Positions 1-12,500 of a stretch of 64,000 nucleotides of DNA are shown here, one piece after another. The number at the start of each line of letters is the position of its first letter. Position 1 is the first letter of the stretch. The notes beneath the pieces are model-generated. The model searched no databases and was not told the origin of the DNA. It saw only the letters and a list, made by a program, of their open reading frames with translations. The stretch is taken from the NCBI GenBank assembly GCA_964016885.1, contig OZ024744.1:13516001-13580000 (forward strand). Reading direction: 5' to 3'. The position numbers and the translations under genes are program-made. The stretch is from Eledone cirrhosa. Taxonomy: Eukaryota.

Positions 1-3000
1 GCCACTCTCTAAATTGAGAGATCACAACTCCAATACTATGGACATGTGGTTAGAATGTCTCAGTAGATTAGGGAGTCACTCCAGTTACAGCCACTCTCTA
101 AATTGAGAGATCACAACTCCAATACTATGGACATGTGGTTAGAATGTCTCAGTAGATCAGAGAGTCACTTCAGTTGAAGCCACTCTCTAAATTGAGAGAT
201 CACAACTCCAATAGTATGGTCATGGGGTTTGAATGTCTCAGCAGATCAGAGTGTCAATCCAGTTAAAGTTACTCTCTAAATTGAGAGATCACAACTCCAA
301 TACTATGGACATGGGGTTTGAATGTCTCAGTAGATCAGAGAATCACTCCAGTTAAAGCTACACTCTAAATTGAGAGATCACAACTCCAATACTATGGACA
401 TGTGGTTAGAATGTCTCAGTAGATCAGAGAGTCATTCCAGTTAAAGCCACTCTCTAAATTGAGAGATCACAACTCCCATACTATGGACATGTGGTTAGAA
501 TGTGTTAGTAGATCAGAGAGTCACTCCAGTTAAAGCTACTCTCTAAATTGAGAGATCACAACTCCCATACTATGGAAATGTGGTTAGAATGTCTCAGTAG
601 ATCAGAGAGTCAGTCCAGTTAAAGCCACTCTCTAAATTGAGAGATCAGACCTCCCATACTATGGACATGTGGTTTGAATGTCTCAGTAGATCAGAAAGTC
701 ACTCCAGTTAAAGCTACACTCTAAATTGAGATATCACAATTCCTATACTATGGACATGTGCTTAGAATGTCTCAGTAGATCAGAGAGTCACTTCAGTTGA
801 AGCCACTCTCTTAATTGAGAGATCACAACTCCAATAGTATGGTCATGGGGTTTGAATGTCTCAGTAGATCAGAGTGTCAATCCAGTTAAAGTTACTCTCT
901 AAATTGAGAGATCACAACTCCAATACTATGGACATGTGGTTAGAATGTCTCAGTAGATCAGAGAGTCACTCCAGTTAAAGCCACTCTCTAAATTGAGAGA
1001 TCAGAACTCCCATACTATGGACATGTTGTTAGAATGTCTCAGTAGATCAGAAAGTCACTCCAGTTAAATCTACACTCTATATTGAGAGATCACATTTCCT
1101 ATACTATGGACATGGGGTTAGAATGTCTCAGTAGATCAGAGTGTCACTCCAGTTAAAGCCACTCTCTAAATTGAGGGATCACAACTCCCATACTATGGAC
1201 ATGTGGTTAGAATGTCTCAGTAGATCAGAGAGTCACTCCAGTTAAAGCCACTCTCTAAATTGAGAGATCACAACTCCAATACTATGGACATGGGATTTGA
1301 AAGTCTCAGTAGATCAGAGTGTCACTCCAGTTAAAGCTACTCTCTAAATTGAGAGATTACAACTCCAATACTATGGACATGGGGTTTGAATGTCTCAGTA
1401 GATCAGAGAGTCACTCCTGTTAAAGCTACTCTCTAAATTGAGAGATCACAACTCCCATACTATGGACATGTGGTTAGAATGTCTCAGTAGATCAGAGAGT
1501 CACTCCAGTTAAAGCTACTCTCTAAATTGAGAGATCACAACTCCCATACTATGGACATGTGGTTAGAATGTCTCAGTAGATCAGAGAGTCACTCCAGTTA
1601 AAGCCACTCTCTAAATTGAGAGATCACAACTCCCATACTATGGACATGTGTTTAGAATGTCTCAGTAGATCAGAGAGTCAATCCAGTTAAAGCTACTCTC
1701 TAAATTGAGAGATCACAACTCCTATACTATGGACATGGGGTTAGAACGTCTCAGTAGATCAGAGTGTCACTCCAGTTAAAGCCACTCTCTAAATTGAGAG
1801 ATCACAACTCCCATACTATGGACATGTGGTTAGAATGTCTCAGTAGATCAGAGAGTCACTCCAGTTAAAGCCACTCTCTAAATTGAGAGATCACAACTCG
1901 CATACTATGGACATGTGGTTAGAATGTCTCAGTAGATCAGAGAGTCACTCCAGTTAAAGCTACTCTCTAAATTGAGAGATCACAACTCCCATAGTATGGA
2001 CTTGTGGTTAGAATGTCTCAGTAGATCAGAGAGTCACTCCAGTTAAAGCCACTCTCTAAATTGAGAGATCACAACTCCCATACTATGGACATGTGGTGAG
2101 AATGTCTCAGTAGATCAGAGAGTCACTCCAGTTAAAGCTACTCTCTAAATTGAGAGATCACAACTCCTATACTATGGACATGGGGTTAGAATGTCTCAGT
2201 AGATCAGAGTGTCACTCCAGTTAAAGCCACTCTCTAAATTGAGAGATCACAACTCCAATACTATGGACATGTGGTTAGAATGTCTCAGTAGATTAGGGAG
2301 TCACTCCAGTTACAGCCACTCTCTAAATTGAGAGATCACAACTCCAATACTATGGACATGTGGTTAGAATGTCTCAGTAGATCAGAGAGTCACTTCAGTT
2401 GAAGCCACTCTCTAAATTGAGAGATCACAACTCCAATAGTATGGTCATGGGGTTTGAATGTCTCAGCAGATCAGAGTGTCAATCCAGTTAAAGTTACTCT
2501 CTAAATTGAGAGATCACAACTCCAATACTATGGACATGGGGTTTGAATGTCTCAGTAGATCAGAGAATCACTCCAGTTAAAGCTACACTCTAAATTGAGA
2601 GATCACAACTCCAATACTATGGACATGTGGTTAGAATGTCTCAGTAGATCAGAGAGTCATTCCAGTTAAAGCCACTCTCTAAATTGAGAGATCACAACTC
2701 CCATACTATGGACATGTGGTTAGAATGTGTTAGTAGATCAGAGAGTCACTCCAGTTAAAGCTACTCTCTAAATTGAGAGATCACAACTCCCATACTATGG
2801 AAATGTGGTTAGAATGTCTCAGTAGATCAGAGAGTCAGTCCAGTTAAAGCCACTCTCTAAATTGAGAGATCAGACCTCCCATACTATGGACATGTGGTTT
2901 GAATGTCTCAGTAGATCAGAAAGTCACTCCAGTTAAAGCTACACTCTAAATTGAGATATCACAATTCCTATACTATGGACATGTGCTTAGAATGTCTCAG

Positions 3001-3518
3001 TAGATCAGAGAGTCACTTCAGTTGAAGCCACTCTCTTAATTGAGAGATCACAACTCCAATAGTATGGTCATGGGGTTTGAATGTCTCAGTAGATCAGAGT
3101 GTCAATCCAGTTAAAGTTACTCTCTAAATTGAGAGATCACAACTCCAATACTATGGACATGTGGTTAGAATGTCTCAGTAGATCAGAGAGTCACTCCAGT
3201 TAAAGCCACTCTCTAAATTGAGAGATCAGAACTCCCATACTATGGACATGTTGTTAGAATGTCTCAGTAGATCAGAAAGTCACTCCAGTTAAATCTACAC
3301 TCTATATTGAGAGATCACATTTCCTATACTATGGACATGGGGTTAGAATGTCTCAGTAGATCAGAGTGTCACTCCAGTTAAAGCCACTCTCTAAATTGAG
3401 GGATCACAACTCCCATACTATGGACATGTGGTTAGAATGTCTCAGTAGATCAGAGAGTCACTCCAGTTAAAGCCACTCTCTAAATTGAGAGATCACAACT
3501 CCAATACTATGGACATGG
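1..3518. repeat. Block duplication at a 25-monomer offset: about 1-1293 is repeated at about 2226-3518
   Basis: Rare variant GATTAGGGAG...TTACAGCC occurs at 66 and 2291 (offset 2225 = 25x89). The same ordered variants follow in both copies: CAGCAGATC, TGTGTTAGTAG, GAGATATCACAATT, CTCTTAATT, AAATCTACACTCTATATT. Confidence 0.9.
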
Positions 3519-6500
3519 GGTTTGAATGTCTCAGTAGATTAGAGTGTCATTCCAGTTAAAGCTACTCTCTAAATTGAGAGATCACAACTTCCATACTATG
3601 GACATGTGAGTAGAATGTCTCAGTAGATCAGAGATTCACTCCAGTTAAAGCTACTCTCTAAATTGAGAGATCACAACTCCAATACTATGGACATGGGGTT
3701 TGATTGTCTCAGTAGATCAGAGTGTCACTCCAGTTAAAGCTACTCTCTAAATTGAGAGATCACAACTCCAATACTATGGACATGTGGTTAGAATGTCTCA
3801 GTAGATCAGAGAGTCACTCCAGTTAAAGCTACTCACTAAATTGAGAGATCACACCTCCCATACTATGGACATGTGGTTAGAATGTCTCAGTAGATCAGAG
3901 AGTCACTCCAGTTAAAGCTACTCTCTAAATTGAGAGATCAGAACTCCCATAGTTTGGACATGTGGTTAGAATGTCTCAGTAGATCAGAGTGTCAATCCAG
4001 TTAAAGCTACTCTCTAAATTGAGAGATCACAACTCCCATACTATGGACATGTGGGTAGAATGTCACAGTAGATCAGAGAGTCACTCCAGTTAAAGCCACT
4101 AATTCTCTAAATTGAGAGATCACAACTCCCATACTATGGTCATGGGGTTTGAATGTCTCAGTAGATCAGAGATTCACTCCAGTTAAAGCTACTATCTAAA
4201 TTGAGAGATCACAACTCCAATACTATGGACATGGGGTTTGAAAGTCTCAGTAGATCAGAGTGTCACTCCAGTTAAAGCTACTCTCTAAATTGAGAGATTA
4301 CAACTCCAATACTATGGAAAAGTGGTTAGAATGTCTCAGTAGATTAGAGAGTCACTCCAGTTAAAGCCACTCTCTAAATTGAGAGATCACATCTCCAATA
4401 CTATGGACATGGGGTTAGAATGTCTCAGTAGATCAGAGTGTCACTCCAGTTAAAGCCACTCTCTAAATTGAGAGATCACAACTTCCATACTATGGACATG
4501 TGGTTAGAATGTCTCAGTAGATCAGAGAGTCACTCCAGTTAAAGCAACTCTCTAAGTTGAGAGATCACAACTCCAATACTATGGTCATGTGGTTAGAATG
4601 TCTCAGTAGATCAGAGAGTCGCTCCAGTTAAAGCCACTCTCTAAATTGAGAGATCACAACTCCAATAATATGAACATGGGGTTTGAATGTCTCAGTACAT
4701 CAGAGTGTCACTCTAGTTAATGTTACTCTCTAAATTGAGAGATCACAACTCCAATACTATCGACATGGTGTTCGAATGTCTCAGTAGATCAGAGAGTCAC
4801 TCCAGTTAAAGCTACTCTCTACATTGAGAGATCACAACTCCAATACTATGGACATGGGGTTTGAAAGTCTCAGTAGATCAGAGTGTCACTCCAGTTAAAG
4901 CTACTCTCTAAATTGAGAGATCACAACTCCAATACTATGGACATGTGGTTAGAATGTCTCAGTAGATCAGAGTGTCACTCCAGTTAAAGCCACTCTCTAA
5001 ATTGAGAGATCACAACTTCCATACTATGGACATGTGGTTAGAATGTCTCAGTAGATCAGAGAGTCACTTCAGTTGAAGCCACTCTCTAAATTGAGAGATC
5101 ACAACTCCAATAGTATGGTCATGGGGTTTGAATGTCTCAGCAGATCAGCGTGTCAATCCAGTTAAAGTTACTCTCTAAATTGAGAGATCACAACTCCAAT
5201 ACTATGGACATGTGGTTAGAATGTCTCAGTAGATCAGAGAGTCATTCCTGTTAAAGCCACTCTCTAAATTGAGAGATCACAACTCCCATACTATGGACAT
5301 GTGGTTAGAATGTGTTAGTAGATCAGAGAGTCACTCCAGTTAAAGCTACTCTCTAAATTGAGAGATCACAACTCCCATACTATGGAAATGTGGTTAGAAT
5401 GTCTCAGTAGATCAGAGAGTCACTCCAGTTAAAGCCACTCTCTAAATTGAGAGATCAGACCTCCCATACTATGGACATGTGGTTTGAATGTCTCAGTAGA
5501 TCAGAAAGTCACTCCAGTTAAAGCTACACTCTAAATTGAGAGATCACAATTCCTATACTATGGACATGTGGTTAGAATGTCTCAGTAGATCAGAGAGTCA
5601 CTTCAGTTGAAGCCACTCTCTAAATTGAGAGATCACAACTCCACATAGTATGGTCATGGGGTTTGAATGTCTCAGTAGATCAGAGTGTCAATCCAGTTAA
5701 AGTTACTCTCTAAATTGAGAGATCACAACTCCAATACTATGGACATGTGGTTAGAATGTCTCAGTAGATCAGAGAGTCACTCCAGTTAAAGCCACTCTCT
5801 AAATTGAGAGATCAGAACTCCCATACTATGGATATGTTGTTAGAATGTCTCAGTAGATCAGAAAGTCACTCCAGTTAAAGCTACACTCTAAATTGAGAGA
5901 TCACAATTCCTATACTATGGACATGGGGTTAGAATGTCTCAGTAGATCAGAGTGTCACTCCAGTTAAAGCCACTCTCTAAATTGAGGGATCACAACTCCC
6001 ATACTATGGACATGTGGTTAGAATGTCTCAGTAGATCAGAGAGTCACTCCAGTTAAAGCCACTCTCTAAATTGAGAGATCACAACTCCAATACTATGGAC
6101 ATGGGGTTTGAATGTCTCAGTAGATTAGAGTGTCAATCCAGTTAAAGCTACTCTCTAAATTGAGAGATCACAACTTCCATACTATGGACATGTGAGTAGA
6201 ATGTCTCAGTAGATGAGAGATTCACTCCAGTTAAAGCTACTCTCTAAATTGAGAGATCACAACTCCAATACTATGGACATGGGGTTTGATTGTCTCAGTA
6301 GATCAGAGTGTCACTCCAGTTTAAGCTACTCTCTAAATTGAGAGATCACAACTCCAATACTATGGACATGTGGTTAGAATGTCTCAGTAGATCAGAGAGT
6401 CACTCCAGTTAAAGCTACTCACTAAATTGAGAAATCACAACTCCCATACCATGGATATGGGGTTTGAATGTCTCAGTAGATCAGAGATTCACTCCAGTTA

Positions 6501-9500
6501 AAGCTACTCTCTAAATTGAGAGATAACAACTCCAATACTATGGACATGTGGTTAGAATGTCTCAGTAGATTAGAGTGTCAATCCAGTTAAAGCTACTCTC
6601 TAAATTGAGAGATCACAACTCCCATACTATGGACATGTGGGTAGAATGTCACAGTAGATCAGAGAGTCACTCCAGTTAAAGCCACTAATTCTCTAAATTG
6701 AGAGATCACAACTCCCATACTATGGACATGGGGTTTGAATGTCTCAGTAGATCAGAGATTCACTCCAGTTAAAGCTACTCTCTAAATTGAGAGATCACAA
6801 CTCCAATATTATGGACATGGGTTTTGAAAGTCTCAGTAGATAGAGAGTGTCACTCCAGTTAAAGCTACTCTCTAAATTGAGAGATTACAACTCCAATACT
6901 ATGGAAATGTGGTTAGAATGTCTCAGTAGATTAGAGAGTCACTCCAGTTAAAGCCACTCTCTAAATTGAGAGATCACAACTCCAATACTATGGACATGGG
7001 GTTAGAATGTCTCAGTAGATCAGAGTGTCACTCCAGTTAAAGCCACTCTCTAAATTGAGAGATCACAACTTCCATACTATGGACATGTGGTTAGAATGTC
7101 TCAGTAGATCAGAGAGTCACTCCAGTTAAAGCAACTCTCTAAGTTGAGAGATCACAACTCCAATACTATGGTCATGTGGTTAGAATGTCTCAGTAGATCA
7201 GAGAGTCGCTCCAGTTAAAGCCACTCTCTAAATTGAGAGATCACAACTCCAATAATATGGACATGGGGTTTGAATGTCTCAGTACATCAGAGTGTCACTC
7301 TAGTTAATGTTACTCTCTAAATTGAGAGATCACAACTCCAATACTATGGACATGCGGTTCGAATGTCTCAGTAGATCAGAGAGTCACTCCAGTTAAAGCT
7401 ACTCTCTACATTGAGAGATCACAACTCCAATACTATGGACATGGGGTTTGAAAGTCTCAGTAGATCAGAGTGTCACTCCAGTTAAAGCTACTCTCTAAAT
7501 TGAGAAATCACAACGCCAATACTATGGACATGGGGTTTGAATGTCTCAGTAGATCAGAGAGTCGCTCAAGTTAAAGCCACTCTCTAAATTGAGAGATCAC
7601 AACTCCAATACTATGGATATGTGGTTAGAATGTCTCAGTAGATCAGAGTGTCACTCCAGTTAAAGCTACTCTCTAAATTGAGAGATCACAACTCCCATAC
7701 TATGGACATGTGTTTAGAATGTCTCATTAGATTAGAGTGTCAATCCAGTTAAAGCTACTCTCTAAATTGAGAGATCACAACTCCCATACTATGGACATGT
7801 GGGTAGAATGTCTCAGTAGATCAGAGAGTCACTCCAGTTAAAGCCACTAATTCTCTAAATTGAGAGATCACAACTCCCATACTATGGACATGGGGTTTGA
7901 ATGTCTCAGTAGATCAGAGATTCACTCCAGGTAAAGCCACTCTCTAAATTGAGAGATCACAACTCCAATACTATGGACATGGGGTTAGAATGTCTCAGTA
8001 GATCAGAGTGTCACTCCAGTTAAAGCCACTCTCTAAATTGAGAGATCACAACTTCCATACTATGGACATATGGTTAGAATGTCTCAGTAGATCAGAGAGT
8101 CACTCCAGTTAAAGCAACTCTCTAAGTTGAGAGATCACAACTCCAATACTATGGTCATGTGGTTAGAATGTCTCAGTAGATCAGAGAGTCACTCCAGTTA
8201 AAGCCACTCTCTAAATTGAGAGATCACAACTCCAATAATATGGACATGGGGTTTGAATGTCTCAGTACATCAGAGTGTCACTCCAGTTAAAGTTACTCTC
8301 TAAATTGAGAGATCACAACTCCAATACTATGGACATGGGTTTTGAATGTCTCAGTAGATCAGAGAGTCACTCCAGTTAAAGCTACTCTCTAAATTGAGAG
8401 ATCACAACTCCAATACTATGGACATGGGGTTTGAAAGTCTCAGTAGATCAGAGTGTCACTCCAGTTAAAGCTACTCTCTAAATTGAGAAATCACAACGCC
8501 AATACTATGGACATGGGGTTTGAATGTCTCAGTAGATCAGAGAGTCGCTCAAGTTAAAGCCACTCTCTAAATTGAGAGATCACAACTCCAATACTATGGA
8601 TATGTGGTTAGAATGTCTCAGTAGATCAGAGTGTCACTCCAGTTAAAGCTACTCTCTAAATTGAGAGATCACAACTCCCATACTATGGACATGTGTTTAG
8701 AATGTCTCATTAGATTAGAGTGTCAATCCAGTTAAAGCTACTCTCTAAATTGAGAGATCACAACTCCCATACTATGGACATGTGGGTAGAATGTCTCAGT
8801 AGATCAGAGAGTCACTCCAGTTAAAGCCACTAATTCTCTAAATTGAGAGATCACAACTCCCATACTATGGACATGGGGTTTGAATGTCTCAGTAGATCAG
8901 AGATTCACTCCAGGTAAAGCCACTCTCTAAATTGAGAGATCACAACTCCAATACTATGGACATGGGGTTAGAATGTCTCAGTAGATCAGAGTGTCACTCC
9001 AGTTAAAGCCACTCTCTAAATTGAGAGATCACAACTTCCATACTATGGACATATGGTTAGAATGTCTCAGTAGATCAGAGAGTCACTCCAGTTAAAGCAA
9101 CTCTCTAAGTTGAGAGATCACAACTCCAATACTATGGTCATGTGGTTAGAATGTCTCAGTAGATCAGAGAGTCACTCCAGTTAAAGCCACTCTCTAAATT
9201 GAGAGATCACAACTCCAATAATATGGACATGGGGTTTGAATGTCTCAGTACATCAGAGTGTCACTCCAGTTAAAGTTACTCTCTAAATTGAGAGATCACA
9301 ACTCCAATACTATGGACATGGGTTTTGAATGTCTCAGTAGATCAGAGAGTCACTCCAGTTAAAGCTACTCTCTAAATTGAGAGATCACAACTCCAATACT
9401 ATGGACATGGGGTTTGAAAGTCTCAGTAGATCAGAGTGTCACTCCAGTTAAAGCTACTCTCTAAATTGAGAGATCACAACTTCCATACTATGGACATGTG

Positions 9501-12500
9501 GTTAGAATGTCTCAGTAGATCAGAGAGTCATTCCAGTTAAAGCAACTCTCTAAGTTGAGAGATCACAACTCCAATACTATGGTCATGTGGTTAGAATGTC
9601 TCATTAGATCAGAGAGTCACTCCAGTTAAAGCCACTCTCTAAATTGAGAGATCACAACTCCAATAATATGGACATGGGGTTTGAATGTCTCAGTACATCA
9701 GAGTGTCACTCCAGTTAAAGCTACTCTCTAAATTCTGAGATCACAACTCCAATACTATGGACATGGGGTTTGAATGTCTCAGTAGATCAGAGAGTCACTT
9801 CAGTTAAAGCTACTCTCTAAATTGAGAGATCACAACTCCAATACTATGGACATGGGGTTTGAATGTCTCAGTAGATCAGAGACTCACTCCAGTTAAAGCT
9901 ACTCTCTAAATTGAGAGATCACAACTCCCATACTATGGACATGTGGTTAGAATGTCTCAGTAGATCAGAGAGTCACTCCAGTTAAAGCCACTCTCTAAAT
10001 TGAAAGATCACAACTCCTATACTATGGACATGTGTTTAGAATGTCTCAGTAAATCAGAAAGTCACTCCAGTTAAAGCTACACTCTAAATTGAGAGATCAC
10101 AGCTCCTATACTATGGACATGTGGTTAGAATGTCTCAGTAGATCAGAGTGTCACTCCAGTTAAAGCCACTCTCTAAATTGAGAGATCACAACTCCCATAC
10201 TATGGACATGTGGTTAGAATGTCTCAGTAGATCAGGGAGTCTCTCCAGTTAAAGCCACTCTCTAAATTGAGAGATCACAACTCGCATACTATGGACATGT
10301 GGGTAGAATGTCTCAGTAGATCAGAGAGTCACTCCAGTTAAAGCCACTCTCTAAATTGAGAGATCACAACTCCCATACTATGGATATGTGGGTAGAATGT
10401 CTCAGTAGATCAGAGAGTCACTCCAGTTAAAGCCACACTCAGAATTGAGAGATCACAACTCCAATACTATGGACATGTGGTTAGAATGTCTCAGTAGATC
10501 AGAGTGTCACTCCAGTTAAAGCCACTCTCTAAATTGAGAGATCACAACTTCCATACTATGGACATGTGGTTAGAATGTCTCAGTAGATCAGAGATTCACT
10601 CCAGTTAAAGCTACTCTCTAAATTGAGAGATCACAACTCCCATACTATGGACATGGGGTTTGAATGTCTCAGTAGATCAGAGAGTCACTCCAGTTAAAGC
10701 TACTCTCTAAATTCTGAGATCACAACTCCAATACTATGGACATGGGTTTTGAATGTCTCAGTAGATCAGAGAGTCACTTCAGTTAAAGCCACTCTCTAAA
10801 TTGAGAGATCACAACTCCCATACTATGGATATGTGGGTAGAATGTCTCAGTAGATCAGAGTGTCACTCCAGTTAAAGCTACTCTCTAAATTGAGAGATCA
10901 CAACTCCAATACTATGGACATGGGGTTTGAAAGTCTCAGTAGATCAGAGTGTCACTCCAGTTAAAGCTACTCTCTAAATTGAGAGATTACAACTCCAATA
11001 CTATGGACATGGGGTTTGAATGTCTCAGTAGATCAGAGAGTCACTCCAGTTAAAGCTACTCTCTAAATTGAGAGATCACAACTCCCATACTATGGACATG
11101 TGGTTAGAATGTCTCAGTAGATCAGAGAGTCACTCCAGTTAAAGCCACTATCTAAATTGAAAGATCACAACTCCTATACTATGGACATGTGTTTAGAATA
11201 TCTCAGTAAATCAGAAAGTCACTCCAGTTAAAGCTACACTCTAAATTGAGAGATCACAGCTCCTATACTATGGACATGGGGTTAGAATGTCTCAGTAGAT
11301 CAGAGTGTCACTCCAGTTAAAGCCACTCTCTAAATTGAGAAATCACAACTCCCATTCTATGGACATGTGGTTAGAATGTCTCAGTAGATCAGAGAGTCAC
11401 TCCAGTTAAAGCCACTCTCTAAATTGAGAGATCACAACTCCAATACTATGGACATGTGGTTAGAATGTCTCAGTAGATTAGAGTGTCATTCCAGTTAAAG
11501 CTACTCTCTAAATTGAGAGATCACACCTTCCATACTATGGACATGTGAGTAGAATGTCTCAGTAGATCAGAGATTCACACCAGTTAAAGCTACTCTCTAA
11601 ATTGAGAGATCACAACTCCAATACTATGGACATGGGGTTGGAATGTCTCAGTAGATCAGAGATTCACTCCAGTTAAAGCTACTCTCTAAATTGAGAGATC
11701 ACAACTCCAATACTATGGACATGGGGTTTGAAAGTCTCAGTAGATCAGAGTGTCACTCCAGTTAAAGCTACTCTCTAAATTGAGAGATTACAACTCCAAT
11801 ACTATGGAAATGTGGTTAGAATGTCTCAGTAGATTAGAGAGTCACTCCAGTTAAAGCCACTCTCTAAATTGAGAGATCACAACTCCAATACTATGGACAT
11901 GGGGTTAGAATGTCTCAGTAGATCAGAGTGTCACTCCAGTTAAAGCCACTCTCTAAATTGAGAGATCACAACTTCCATACTATGGACATGTGGTTAGAAT
12001 GTCTCAGTAGATCAGAGAGTCACTCCAGTTAAAGCAACTCTCTAAGTTGAGAGATCACAACTCCAATACTATGGTCATGTGGTTAGAATGTCTCAGTAGA
12101 TCAGAGAGTCGCTCCAGTTAAAGCCACTCTCTAAATTGAGAGATCACAACTTCCATACTATGGACATGTGGTTAGAATGTCTCAGTAGATCAGAGAGTCA
12201 CTCCAGTTAAAGCAACTCTCTAAGTTGAGAGATCACAACTCCAATACTATGGTCATGTTGTTAGAATGTCTCAGTACATCAGAGTGTCACTCTAGTTAAT
12301 GTTACTCTCTAAATTGAGAGATCACAACTCCAATACTATGGACATGGGGTTTGAATGTCTCAGTAGATCAGAGAGTCACTCCAGTTAAAGCTACTCTCTA
12401 CATTGAGAGATCACAACTCCAATACTATGGACATGGGATTTGAAAGTCTCAGTAGATCAGAGTGTCACTCCAGTTAAAGCTACTCTCTAAATTGAGAGAT

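Noticed and set aside
1-178. Satellite-encoded hammerhead ribozyme, as in newt, cricket and schistosome satellites
   Set aside because: The consensus lacks the CUGANGA and GAAA core on both strands; the closest matches are CTGATCT and CTGAGAC on the - strand.
221-320. G-quadruplex from GGGG runs
   Set aside because: There is normally at most one G-run per 89 bp, too far apart for an intramolecular G4.
1111-1125. Telomere-like motifs (GGGTTAG here; CCCTAAA at about 18637)
   Set aside because: These are single isolated units created by point variants and are never tandem.
1989-1999. CCATAGTATGG as a micro-inversion of CCATACTATGG
   Set aside because: It cannot be distinguished from a single C>G substitution, and the same G also occurs in non-palindromic CCAATAGTATGG monomers.
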